A DNA stretch of 64,000 bases from Octopus vulgaris (lineage: Eukaryota): positions 22,754,001 through 22,818,000 of the forward strand of contig OX597839.1 of the NCBI GenBank assembly GCA_951406725.2, written 5' to 3'. Of this stretch, positions 25,081 through 37,736 are shown piece by piece. Position 1 is the stretch's first letter, and each line of letters begins with the position of its first letter. The translations under genes and the position numbers were made by a program. The notes under the pieces were generated by a model, which saw nothing but the letters and a program-made list of their open reading frames with translations, was not told the origin of the DNA and made no database searches.

Positions 25081-26494
25081 CCTCCCATTTGAGCAGGTCT
25101 TCAAAGGAATCCCTAGCCACCAGGGCCACCCCCTTTGAAAGTGGTTCAGACTAAAAGAAAACAATCTCTAATATTGCAGTTGAAAGTGGATTGTCTTGGG
25201 TCCGTTGTTAACGAGTTTTTGTGGTGGCCATCTAGATTTGGAAGAAATGTAATCAGAATTGGTGAGTAGACTCTGGGAGAAAGGAAGAAGGGATTGTGCT
25301 TCAAAAGCAAGTTGAGGGTTGACGATAGGAGTCATGTTTGATAATTTAACAGTCAGGAAGGGATGGATCTTATGAGGGAGAGGTTTGGTTGGACTTAGCC
25401 ATGCCCACCTCCACCCATCTTTTGACTGATATTTAGGCAAGGTGGAGGTAGGGTCACATGGTAAAGAAGTTTACTTCCAAACTAAATTGTTCCAGTTTTG
25501 GTCCCACTCTGCATCACTTTAGGCAAGTGTTTTCTTCTAGGGCCCTGGGCTGACCAAAACCTTGTGAATGGATCTGGCCGATGGAAACTGCCTGGAAGCC
25601 CATTGTGTGTGTGTGTGTGCACCTAAAACACTCTGTAAAGTGTTTGGCATTAGGAAGGCCATCCAGTTGTAGATACCAAATGAACACAGACAACTGGAAC
25701 TTTTCACACTGTCCAACTGTCAAACTGTCAACCTGTCAAACAGCCCCTGTCAAATTGTCCAACCCTTACCAGCATGGAAAACAGATATTAGATGATAATG
25801 ATAATGGGATTTTGTGGGGAATTCAGTGAATTATAAGGGATTTCATAAGGTTTCAAAAGTTTAGCTGTTAAGTCATCCCTGACTCAAGCAGACCTATAAT
25901 CAATAACGCTCCAACTGTGACCATCCTGAATAATAATAATAATGATGATGATGATGATGATGAGGAACCTATTGTATACAATGCTGAAGTGCAAGAAAAC
26001 TCATCAGAAAAAGTAGAGAAAAAGTGCACGAACAGTCTATAGAATAAAGCAGAGGAAGTGGGTGATTTAATGGTTGAGAACCATTGGTGTAACCTTTCCA
26101 GGACCTTGAAAGGTCAGGGAAAAGCTACAACCAGACTAAACTCAAACAGTGGTAGGGGTTTTAGGGTAGTGATCCAGGTAGGGGTTTTGTTTGAGTTTTT
26201 CTCGGTTACCACTTCCTGGAGATTTAGCAGTGTTGCTTTATCTACTGAACATATAACCTGATTAGGCAAACCTGTGATCACAGACATTCCAACCATGACC
26301 AGCTGGTGTATTCATATGTCAAGGATTATTTTGTTCAATGTGTTATCTGCTATTTCTAGCATGTCGAGTTACTATGTATAGGCTCAGCTGTTAGTGATGT
26401 GTAGACAGTAACAGAAAACAACATCAGTACACTAGAACCCCAAAAAGGGATCACCCAACAACACCTAAGTAATTAATTAAAAAAAAATACATGT

Positions 26495-26925
26495 TAGTCT
26501 CTTGACCTGTGAGAAATAGCAGCTAAATCTTACTCAAATCACAAATCCATCTAACTTAAAACAGGACACATTTGATAATATAATCCTCGTGAGTGGTGGT
26601 GGTGATGGTCATGGCTGTAGCATCTTGTTCACTGATCTGCCTGATCATGGTTCACCTGGGGCTAAACCATAACAACAACACATCTGGACTTTGAAAGAAA
26701 TTTGCAACAGAGTAGCAAGCTTGTATAGGGTCATTCAGCTTGTTAGAAATAGCAGCCAAATCACCCTCTAATTACATCCTACCATCTTGGGGAAAGGAAA
26801 AGACTCAGTGGATAATGTAGCTCTGCACAAGTATACAAAATGACAGGATGGCCAAGGCTGGAATGCCTTTCATTGTAGGCCTGTTCATTCAGAGTTGGCC
26901 TTGGGTTAAACAACAACAACAAGAA
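26495..26925 (+). mobile_element. two copies of an old dispersed repeat (GAAATAGCAGCCAAAT..GGCTGGAATGCCTTT..GGGCTAAACAAC)
   Basis: The same motif string recurs at ~10610-10740, 22410-22530, 35040-35810 and 57070-57680. Confidence 0.6.
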
Positions 26926-27055
26926 CATGCAATAAAATACATTTTAGAACTGAATAAAAGATGTTTCGAAACAAAATGGAGAAAGTTGAATGGAAAATGA
27001 GAGAGGAATTGAATAAATGAATGAATTTAGTAGAATCTGGACGAGGGGTGGGGAC

Positions 27056-27094
<39 letters not shown>

Positions 27095-27352
27095 AGAAAG
27101 AAAGAAAGAAAGAAAGGAAGAAAGAAAGAAAGGAAGGGAAGAAAGGAAGAAAGGAAAGAAGAAAGAAAGAAAGGAAGGAAGAAAGAAAGAAAGGAAGAAA
27201 GAAAGGAAGGAAGAAAGAAAGAAAGAAAGAGAGAAAGAAAGAAAGAAAGAAAGGAAGAAAGGAAGAGAAAGAAAGAAAGAAAGAAAGGAAGGAAGAAAGA
27301 AAGAAAGAAAGGAAGGAAGAAAGAAAGAGAGAAAGAAAGAAAGAAAGAAAGA
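27056..27352. repeat. (GAAA/GGAA)n pure-purine tract
   Basis: Directly visible. Confidence 0.95.
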
Positions 27353-27930
27353 AGTACATATATATATATCTAAAGGGTCGTTCTCTCCCTACAAACAAGA
27401 ACAACAGCAATTTAGTGTCAATGTTGTTGCTGTTATTTAAACACGAGTCATTCCTGGCCCAGCAGAGCTTGTTGATCAAAACCAATCAGGCTGTGACCAT
27501 CATGTCTGGTTTGTGGAAAAGTCTATCTAGATAGAAAAACACACAGCATGAAAAAGGAACAGGGTTGGGTAGAGCTTTGAGGGAAGTTTGGCTGCTATTT
27601 CTTTTTATATTTGTTTGATAGCAGGTCCATCGACCACAGAGAGAGAGAGAGAGAGTAAGAGAGAAAGAGAGAGGGAGGGAGAAAGGGAGAGAGAGAGAGA
27701 GAGAGAGAGTGAGACAGATTCTCTTGTTAGACTTGGCTGGCAGAAGTGCTGATGGTAATTAGAAGAGGAAGGGGGCGAAATAGGGGCAAGATGTGGAACA
27801 AGAGAGGGAAAAGGGATCAATAAAAACAGGGAAACAACACAATGATGCAGGGGTGTGGGGGGGGGAGGGAAGAAAAGGGAGAACAATGCAAGTTTGTAAG
27901 AGAGGTGTTCTAACACACACACACACACAT

Positions 27931-27966
<36 letters not shown>

Positions 27967-28009
27967 GAAGGAATAGGATACTGCACAAGTGTGTATGTGT
28001 GTGTGTGTA

Positions 28010-28051
<42 letters not shown>

Positions 28052-28393
28052 GGTAGGTATGTATGTATATGCATATAAAGCTGTATAAAGCCCTCTGAAA
28101 TACCTATGGAAGGGGATAGCTGTGGAATTATGCCAGATGCTGTGTACTTTTCTTGAGAAACACCTTGATAAAATAGACACGTGTGTGTGTGTGAGTGTGT
28201 GTGTGTTTGTCTATATTCATTTATGTGTGAGTATACTTAATATACAGATTTTATCATTCAATCAATCACTCCATCCATCCATCCATCTATCTATCTACCT
28301 ACATACCTATCTATCTATCTATCTTTCTATCTATCTTTCTATCTATCTTATCTATCTATCCTATCTATCTTATCTATCTATCTATCTTATCTT

Positions 28394-28424
<31 letters not shown>

Positions 28425-28768
28425 GTCTATCTGTCTATCTGTCTGTCTAACCATCTATCTATATACACACATGCAAAGGTATATGAACATGAATACATAC
28501 ATACATAAATAAATAACTACAGATGAATAAATACACACACAATGTACACATATACACAAACATATATTCGCACATATATAATAGATATATATATATATTA
28601 CACATACATACATATACGATACGTACTACACACACACACACACACATACCATACACACATATATACATGCATGTATGCGTAAGCGTGAATGAATGTTCCT
28701 ACATGTGGGCAAATGGAAGACAGAAATTCTACTGTTGACAATGCCACACGAGTTGCTGTTGATGAAAT

Positions 28769-28799
<31 letters not shown>

Positions 28800-28836
28800 A
28801 CATATTCACAATCTCACTCACATACAAACATGTATT

Positions 28837-28872
<36 letters not shown>

Positions 28873-28892
28873 AAATATAAGAGAGTTAACTT

Positions 28893-28924
<32 letters not shown>

Positions 28925-29315
28925 TGCAAATATAGTTACATATAAACATTTATTATACAAGCATACTTTCATAAATATATATGTGCATGTGTGTATATAT
29001 AATGTATATATATATGTATATATATATATACATATGCATGTGTGCATGTGTATATGTGTGTGCGTGTAAAATATGCCAGCATTTGAGTGTACACATCATC
29101 GGAGTTTGCACGTTAATTTCCACATCTATACATAAAGAGAAGAAAGGAATGCCATTGTTAATTTGGATCGCATCGGAATCAACGCCGCCACCATCCCTCC
29201 CACCATGACCATCACAGAGAGAGAGCGAGAAAGAGAGAGAGAGAGTATAAGGAAAGAGGTGAGTCAAGAATTGAAGCAGTATGTGTTTAGGTGACTAATA
29301 TTTCTTATTTACCGT

Positions 29316-29360
<45 letters not shown>

Positions 29361-29454
29361 ATTTGTTGATAGAGAAACGTGGAGGTGGTGAAGGTGGTGG
29401 TGGTGGTGGTGTTGGTGGGGTGTGTGTGAGAACAAGGTTAGAAAGTTTGCTTAC

Positions 29455-29860
29455 CTGTGGTGTCAGGGTGGCTAAATGGGCGGATATAGAGATAGGAAGA
29501 GAGTGTCACCAGTGCTGGAGGTATTCTCTCGACAAGGAAGTCAGTGTGGTTGTCATAGAGAGCAGACTGCACCCAGTCGAAGATGCCGACATTCCTAAGC
29601 AGACAGCCACCTGCTCGGGAGACTGTGTTGTAAGGGAATGTCCATTCCGTTGGTTGGCAGCAGCAGCAGCAGTAGTAGTAGCAGTAGTAGTAGTATCAAC
29701 AGAAGCAGCAGTAGGATGTGCAGTAGCTGCAGCGGTACCGAGCATCACAGAGGCAGTGGTGGTGGTGGCGGCGGCGTTGTCGGCGGCAGCGGAGGTAGCA
29801 CCACTGCTGGCTGACAATGACAATAGCAGCGGAGAGAAGGCAACAGTCGAAAATATGTAA
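29455..29860 (-). other. candidate exon (probably 5' UTR or uORF-bearing) of a minus-strand gene
   Basis: Unique, GC- and CpG-richer, trinucleotide-repeat sequence. Strong donor CAG|GTAAGC at 29455/29454 and possible acceptor after a (CT)n tract, CCACCAG|TTAC at 29861/29860. No recognisable domain. Confidence 0.45.
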
Positions 29861-29898
29861 CTGGTGGGAAGGGGTGGGTGGCTGGGTGGGAACGGGAG

Positions 29899-29932
<34 letters not shown>

Positions 29933-30289
29933 ATGCAGGCACAACAGTGTGGAGGAGGAGGAGGAGGAGACGTGTTTGACTGTCAAAGACTGTTGCAGTG
30001 AGGTGCTGCCAGCCAACACAACACAACGCTCTCTCGTTTATTGACCGTTGTCAGTTGGATCCAGTCTTGTTGTTTGTTTCGCTTCTCTTCCCTCCTTCTG
30101 TTCCTTCCACTTTTCCTTTCCAATAACATCCAACCTCATGTTGCTCCCTATCACACACACACACACACACACATTCTCAGACATTTTCTGCATGTTTTTA
30201 TGGACCCACACAAAAATGTCTAGACTTCACACACACACACACACACACACATGCATGTGTCTATGTGTGTATGTATATACATATATATA

Positions 30290-30532
30290 CGTTTAAATAT
30301 TTGTTGTGCAAGATTTTTTATGTGAAGTCGTGTGTTGAAACAGATATTGTTATATTTCGGAATGGTCATATTGCCAGTTTAGCCAATAAAAACACACGCT
30401 CTATATATTTGGCCGAAATAAGATTAAGATTAATGTAAAAAATAAATATCACTGAAGCAAAATAACACCAAATATATAGTGCGTGTGTTTTTATTGGCTA
30501 AACTGGCAATATGACCATTCCGAAATATAACA

Positions 30533-30537
<5 letters not shown>
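30290..30537. mobile_element. fold-back element in (TA)n, same family as 5863-6112
   Basis: ~70 bp near-perfect inverted repeat (30343-30412 / 30468-30537) plus a unique tail. Confidence 0.8.
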
Positions 30538-30567
<30 letters not shown>

Positions 30568-30569
<2 letters not shown>

Positions 30570-30882
30570 ATACTTAATAATTAGGGTTCAGCAAAGATTT
30601 GCTTTACCACATACCGAAGTTTAGAAATAGCAGCCAAAACCTTAGCTATTTCTTCTACTTTAAAAAGTATTTTGGTTTCTCTGGGAGCCCCTTTTTAAAG
30701 TAGAAGAAATAGCTAAGGTTTTGACTGCTATTTCTAAACTTCGGTATGTGGTAAAGCAAGTCTTTGCTGAACCCTAATTATTAAGTATTACTTAAGTTTA
30801 CCGTGAGATGTTCCTTTTTTCATGCCGAATTCTACTTGGTGAAATTATTGATTACTTCTTAATTAATTAATTTTACCCTTTG

Positions 30883-30883
<1 letters not shown>
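30568..30883. mobile_element. fold-back element with ~98 bp near-perfect inverted repeat, in (TA)n
   Basis: Arms ~30568-30667 and 30691-30790, ~24 nt loop, ~95 bp unique tail. Confidence 0.8.
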
Positions 30884-30914
<31 letters not shown>

Positions 30915-30918
<4 letters not shown>

Positions 30919-31322
30919 TCATCATCATCATCATCATCATTTAACGTCCGCTTTCCATGCTAGCATGGGTTGGACGGTTCAACTGGGGTCTGGGAGCCCG
31001 AAAGCTGCACCAGTCCAGTCAGATCTGGCAGTGTTTCTACAGCTGGATGCCCTTCCTAACGCCAACCACTCCGAGAGTGTAGTGGGTGATTTTATGTGCC
31101 ACCGACACAGGTGCCAGACGAGGCTGGCAAACGGCCACGCTCGGATGGTGTTTTTTATGTGCCACCGACACAGGTGCCAGACGAGGCTGGCAGACGGCCA
31201 CGCTCGGATAGTGTTTTTTATGTGCCACCGACACAGGTGCCAGACGAGGCTGGCAGACGGCCACGCTCGGATGGTGTTTTTATGTGCCACCGACACAGGT
31301 GCCAGACGAGGCTGGCAGACAT
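30915..31322 (-). mobile_element. RTE-type LINE 3' UTR with (GAT)n tail and ~3.6 tandem 62-63 bp units
   Basis: Units start at 31094, 31157, 31220 and 31282. Near-identical to 53800-54310. Clade assignment is inferred. Confidence 0.7.
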
Positions 31323-31374
31323 CCCAGTGTATATAAACAAAGAATAAAGACTCCACAACATAATAACAATAATA

Positions 31375-32262
31375 ATCTTTTCTACTGTAGACACAAAACT
31401 TGAAATTTTTGCAGTTTAATCAATTACATCAACCCCAGCGCACAACTGGTACCCATTCTGTTGACCCTGAAAGGATAAAAGGTGAAGTCGAATTCTGAGG
31501 AATTTGAACTTGGAACATGAAACCAGAAAAAATGTTGTTAAGTATTTTGTCTGATATGCTAATAATGCTTTCCTGAAATTTTTGTGGAAGGGGCCAGGCA
31601 ATTAGATTGACCCCAGTATGCAACTGGTACTTGATTTATCGACCCCAAAAGGATGAAAGGCAGAATTTGAACTCAGAACGTAAAGACAAATGACGTACCA
31701 CAAAGCATTTTGCCCAGCATGCTAACGATTCTGCCAGCTTGCTGTTTTAATAATAATAATAATAATAATAATAATGATAATGTTTTAATAATAAACCTTT
31801 CTAGTTACAGGCACAGGGCCTGAAATTTTGTGGGAGGGGACAAATTGATTACATCAACCTCAGTGTTTCACTGGTCTTTAATTTATCAACCTCGAAAGAT
31901 TGAAAGGTAAAGTCCACCTCGGCAAAATTTCAACCCAGAACATAAAGATGGACAATATGCTGCTAAGCCTTTTGCCAACGATTCTACTAGCTCATTACTT
32001 TAATAACAACAACAACAACAACAACAGTAACAACAATAATAATAATGATTTCAAATTTTTTTTTACTACAAAGGCTGTTTGGGGGAGGGGGTTAAGTTGA
32101 TTACATTGGCCCCCAGTGCATGACTGGTACTTATTTAATCAACCCCCAAGTGGATGAAAAGGCAAAGTTGACGTTGGTGGAATTTGAACTCAGAACGTAG
32201 CAGCAAACGAAATACTGCTGAGCATTTCACCTGGCACGCTAATGATTCTGCCAGCTCATTAC
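31375..32262 (-). mobile_element. cluster of four decayed Nin-SINEs
   Basis: Repeated ACCCCAG..CTGGTAC..GAATTTGAACTCAGAAC strings. Confidence 0.75.
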
Positions 32263-32408
32263 TTTAATTATAACAACAACAACAGTAACTTTTTTTTTAA
32301 TGACAACAACAACAACAACAACAAAAACATTTCACAGAGTTTCGCATAAATGCCTTTTAAAACACAACAGGGACAGGATACACGTGTGTATTAGTGTATA
32401 TATGTGCA

Positions 32409-32439
<31 letters not shown>

Positions 32440-32443
<4 letters not shown>

Positions 32444-32654
32444 GATCCAAACAAGAAAACACAGAAAAAAACACAGCAACGCGAGGACGTGGAACAATTA
32501 AAGTATTATTTGACGCTCAGGAAAGAAGGGAAGGAGGGTTTAACGTTTCGAGTGGAGCTCTTCGTCGGAAACAAGGAGAAGGAAAGATCCCGAGAAGGGA
32601 AGACAGAGGAAAAAAATATTTTTGCTGGTGGTGCTCAAGAGATCACAAACCAAA
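32440..32654 (-). mobile_element. Penelope-like relic with minimal hammerhead (32537-32573)
   Basis: Minus strand GUUU-CCGACGA-A-GAG-CUCCA-CUC-GAAA-C-GUU-AAAC. Flanked by (TA)n, paralog at 36478-36692. Confidence 0.7.
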
Positions 32655-32673
32655 TATATAATATATATATATA

Positions 32674-32723
<50 letters not shown>

Positions 32724-33061
32724 CAATAGGGTATATAATAGCACTTGCTAAACTCAAAGCCAAAGCTGCAAAAACCACCATAAACTCACGCTAAAGACAA
32801 CAGCAATAAATACTTGTTTATTTATAAATAAAGATGGATAATGCGACACGTCATCCATCTCTTGTTATTTATTTATCCTTCACCTCCTCCCTCAGAACCT
32901 GCTCCTTGCTGGGATCCAAAGCATAATAAGGACCACACATTTAGTGCAATGTGCATTTCCTGATTAGACTCATGGCTTATGAGAAACTCATTCAGGTTAT
33001 GTACACGATTCATTGTACCCGCTGCCTTACCATTTAAGTACCCAATTCACTCAAATCCTGC

Positions 33062-33121
<60 letters not shown>

Positions 33122-33341
33122 AAATGAGAAAATGGAGAAACATACCTAAATCAATCATCAACCATCAGATAATGCCCAATCAATACTTTATTAAACCATT
33201 ACACCACACCAATGACATTATACATTGATATATTACAAATATAACAAGACATAGAAATAGAAATAGAAAATACATTTACATTGTGTAAGCCTAGGACTAT
33301 ATACTATATACACACCCAGCATATATATATGTATATACATA

Positions 33342-33548
33342 CTCTTTACTTTTTTCAGTCATTTGACTGTGACCATGCTGGAGCACCACCTTTAGTCGAG
33401 CAAATCGACCCCAGGATGCATTCTTTGTAAGCCTAGTACTTATTCTATCAGTCTCTTTTGCCGAACCACTAAGTTATGGGGACATAAACACACCACCATC
33501 GGTTAACAAGCAATGTTGGGTGGAGAAACACAGACACACAAACATATG

Positions 33549-33614
<66 letters not shown>

Positions 33615-34044
33615 TACGATGGGCTTCTTTCAGTTTCCGCCTGCCAAATCCACTCCCAAGGCTTTGGTTGGTCTGAGGCTATAGTAAAAGACACTTGCCC
33701 AAGGTGTCACGCAGTGGGACCGAACCCAGAACCCTGTGGTTCATAAGCAAGCTACTTACCACACAGCCACTCCTACATGTATATATACATATATATATGT
33801 TATTCGTTTACTTGTTTCAGTCATTTGACTGTGACCATGCTGGAGCACTGCCTTTAGTAAACGAGCAAATCGACCCCAGGATGTATTCTTTGTAAGCCTA
33901 GTACTTATTGCACACACACACACACACACACAGTCAAACAATTATATACATACGAACCACTAATTATAATTGGGGACATAAACACATTCCACCATCGGTT
34001 AACAAGCGATGTTGGGTGGAGAAACACAGACACACAAACATATG

Positions 34045-34107
<63 letters not shown>

Positions 34108-34250
34108 GGCTTCTTTCAGTTTCCATCTACCAAATCCCGTTCACATGGCTTTGGTCTGCCCAAAGCTATAGTAAAAGACATTTACCTAAGGTGTCACATG
34201 CAGTGTGACTGAGTGGTTCATAAACAAGCTTCTTACCACACAGTCCACAC

Positions 34251-34318
<68 letters not shown>

Positions 34319-34321
34319 CTG

Positions 34322-34355
<34 letters not shown>

Positions 34356-34870
34356 GTGAAATCGTATATATATATATATATATATATATCTCATTTTCAT
34401 CCTCACCATCTTTAATGTCCATTTACCATGCTGGCATGGGTTTTGATAAGTTAAACACACCATAAACACACCAGCATTGGTTGTCAAGTGATGACAGGGG
34501 AGGGGGGGGCAAATACAGACATGCACACACACACACAAACAATTATATACATACGTATATATAATTATAATTAAGGGCATAGCAAAATTCCAGCTTATAT
34601 GCTGGAGGTAAATGCTAAATTGTCCAGCCACTTTAAAAGTCATCACAAAGTTACGTGCTGAAATCGAGGGAGCAAGCTACTGGAAAATTCATAATAATGT
34701 AGATATATATATATATATATGACAGGCTTCTTTCAGTTTCCATCTACCAAAGCTGCTCACATGGCTTTGGTCTGCCCAAAGCTATAGTAGGAGACATTTA
34801 CCCAAGGTGCCATGCAGTGTGACTGAGTGGTTAGGAAACAAGCTTCTTACCACACAGTCCCGCCTGTGCC
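33342..34870 (-). mobile_element. cluster of three family-A SINEs, partly rearranged
   Basis: Copies at ~33342-33775, 33800-34254 and 34460-34870. Confidence 0.8.
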
Positions 34871-35983
34871 TATATATATATATGTGTGTGTGTCTGTGTG
34901 TCTGTATATATATATATATATATATCTCATTTTCATCCTCACCATCTTTAACGTCCATTTACCATGCTGGCATGTTTAGCTGCTATTTCCAGCAAATAGA
35001 ACAGCCACTGGAGATCTCTTTTTAGCTTGTTCCTCTACCAGTAGTTGCTGTTTAACCACATATCAGCTGTGATCAAGCACACATATTTGGAGATGATCTC
35101 ACCATGATGATCATGTCTTGTTCCCAGGTATAATGTACCTGGGACTACAATTTCTAATGTGTCCTTCAAATTTCAAGACAATAAGTTGTGATTAAAGGTG
35201 AACTTGGAAGCAATATCTAACAAGAGGAGCAACCATATTGAAATCCTTCTTGTGACTTGTTTCTATACTCTAGCAGCTCCCAATCTGGGGTCTGCTGACC
35301 CTTGGAGTCCCTAATGGTGGTACTGGGGTGTGCGTGAGATGAGTTCAAACTATATTGAGTACACAAACCTTTCAAAAATATGGGGGAAATTTCATTGAAA
35401 TAAAAGGGATTCTGGGTCCTTAGTTGCGAAAACTTGGGAATATTTGTTGTTTGCTTAACTCCAGGTCAACTCTGACCAAGCAAACCTATAATCAAAGGCA
35501 ATCCCACCACGACCATCTCGACTTTTTAGGGATACCAAGAATTACATGATTCAAATGGTCTTTTCCATCCTCTCTCTGCAACAGTAGAATGTGATCTAAA
35601 GGTGATTTGGTTGTCATTTCTAGCAGGTGGAATCCAAGTTGAGTCTCCATGTGTCTGTTGTTGTTTAGCCCCAGGTCAGCTTTGGTTGGCAGACCTATGA
35701 TCAAAGGCAACCCAGTCATGACCATCCCATCTTTTTTCTACAGGGAACCCCAAATCACATTATCATTCAAGGTCGAGGGAGACTTCGTTGCTATATCTAG
35801 CAGGTGTGTATAACTGGAAATCAATGGCTATACCCCGGGTATGCTTAGGGTAGACACAGAGTCTCTAATTTGTAGATTAGTTTAAACTAAATACTCCTGT
35901 TTTGTTCACAACTTTGTATTTCCAGCTGATGGAGGGCTGCAGTCCAACAGTGCAGCACATTCATGTGGCCAACATATACACAC

Positions 35984-36025
<42 letters not shown>

Positions 36026-36026
<1 letters not shown>

Positions 36027-36439
36027 GGCGCAGGAGTGGCTGTGTGGTAAGTAGCTTGCTAACCAACCTCATGGTTCCGGGTTCAGTCCCACTGCGTGGC
36101 ACCTTGGGCAAGTGTCTTCTGCTATAGCCCCGGGCCGACCAATGCCTTGTGAGTGGATTTGGTAGACGGAAACTGAAAGAAGCCTGTCGTATATATATAT
36201 ATATATATATATGTATGCGTGTGTTTGTGTGTCTATGTTTGTCCTCCTAGCATTGCTTGACAACCGATGCTGGTGTGTTTACGTCCCCGTCACGTAGCGG
36301 TTCGGCAAAAAGAGGCCGATAGAATAAGTACTGGGCTTACAAAGAATAAGTCCCGGGGTCGATTTGTTCGACTAAAGGCGGTGCTCCAGCATGGCCGCAG
36401 TCAAATGACTGAAACAAGTAAAAGAGTAAAAGAGTAAGA

Positions 36440-36440
<1 letters not shown>
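36026..36440 (+). mobile_element. family-A SINE, full length, in (TA)n
   Basis: Direct match to 845-1249. Confidence 0.92.
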
Positions 36441-36477
<37 letters not shown>

Positions 36478-36482
<5 letters not shown>

Positions 36483-36688
36483 ATCCAAACATGAAAACAC
36501 AAAGAGAAAACACAACAACGTGAGGACATGGAACAAGTATTGTGTTATTGGACGCTCAGGAAAGGAAAGAAAGAAGGAGGATTTAACATTTCGAGCGGAG
36601 CTCTTTGTCAGAAACATAGGAAAAGGAAAGATCCAAGGAAGGGAAGACGGTGGAAAAAAATCGCCAATGATACACACGCAGTCACATT

Positions 36689-36692
<4 letters not shown>
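36478..36692 (-). mobile_element. Penelope-like relic with minimal hammerhead (36581-36616)
   Basis: Minus strand GUUU-CUGACAA-A-GAGC-UCC-GCUC-GAAA-U-GUU-AAAU. Paralog of 32440-32654. Confidence 0.7.
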
Positions 36693-36732
<40 letters not shown>

Positions 36733-37243
36733 GTATGTATGTCATTATTTAGTTTTATTTCAAGATTTCTTGCCAATTGAGAAAGAGCCGGTTTCTAACC
36801 TAGATCCAAGAATCCTTCAATAGAATTTCAATATCAATAACAGGGTATGTATGTATGTATGTATGTATGTATGTATGTATGTATGTACGTATGTATGTAT
36901 GTATGTACGTACATATGTATACATACACGCTCACTATAAAGCTTCAGGTATAATCCCAATTTTTTCCCCCACAAAATCCAGATTAAAACTAGAATTGTAA
37001 GGGTTGTGTATAATATATATAGAAGAGTGTATAAAACATAACAATATTAGCAGTGTGTATAATATAACATATTAAACTACATGTTATTCCCCACTCACTT
37101 TTAAGGGAAAAAATGGAATAAAACAGTATTTTTTATATTTTATATTTTCTATATATCAATATATTTTGTGGATTATCTTCTGTTGTAGTGTTGTGTAACT
37201 CTGTCTTATATAGAGATGGTATAATGCTATATATATATATATA

Positions 37244-37632
37244 TGGAAGCACTCCGTCGGTTACGACGATGAGGGTTCCGGTTGATCCGAATCAACGGAA
37301 CAGCCTGCTCGTGAAATTAACGTGTAAGTGGCTGAGCACTCCACAGACACGTGCACCCTTAACGTAGTTCTTGGGGATATTCAGCGTGACACAGAGAGTG
37401 ACAAGGCCAGCCCTTTGAAAATACTGGTACAACAGAAACAGGAAGTAAGAGTGAGAGAAAGTTGTGGTGAAAGAGTACAGCAGGGATCACCACCATCCCC
37501 TGCCGGAGCCTCGTGGAGCTTTTTTAGGTGTTTTCGCTCAATAAACACTCACAACGCCCGGTCTGAGAATCGAAACCGCGATCCTATGACCGCGAGTCCG
37601 CTGCCCTAACCACTGGGCCATTGCATCTCCAC
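37244..37632 (-). mobile_element. tRNA-derived SINE (family D), full length, in (TA)n
   Basis: Head TGGCCCAGTGGTTAGGGCAGCGGACTCGCGGTC..GGTTTCGATTC. The 3' tail is shared with family C. Confidence 0.85.
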
Positions 37633-37736
37633 TATATATATATATACTGAGGCATCATTTCTGGGTTGGGTCCACATGTTTGCATGATTTTTTTCCCACA
37701 GGTTTCCTTTCTGATTCAGGTGTAACAGGCAGACAG

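Noticed and set aside
27017-27485. Lys/Glu/Arg-rich and Phe/Leu/Ser-rich ORFs
   Set aside because: Readings of the (GAAA)n tract.
29291-29860. 189 aa plus-strand ORF
   Set aside because: GTG start, begins in (TG)n and poly-Gly, no domain, and the splice signals favour the minus strand.
31090-31322. CRISPR-like regular repeats
   Set aside because: Contiguous 62-63 bp tandem units with no unique spacers, inside a LINE 3' UTR, with no cas genes.
37560-37632. tRNA gene
   Set aside because: tRNA-like SINE head with no complete cloverleaf, continuing into the SINE body.
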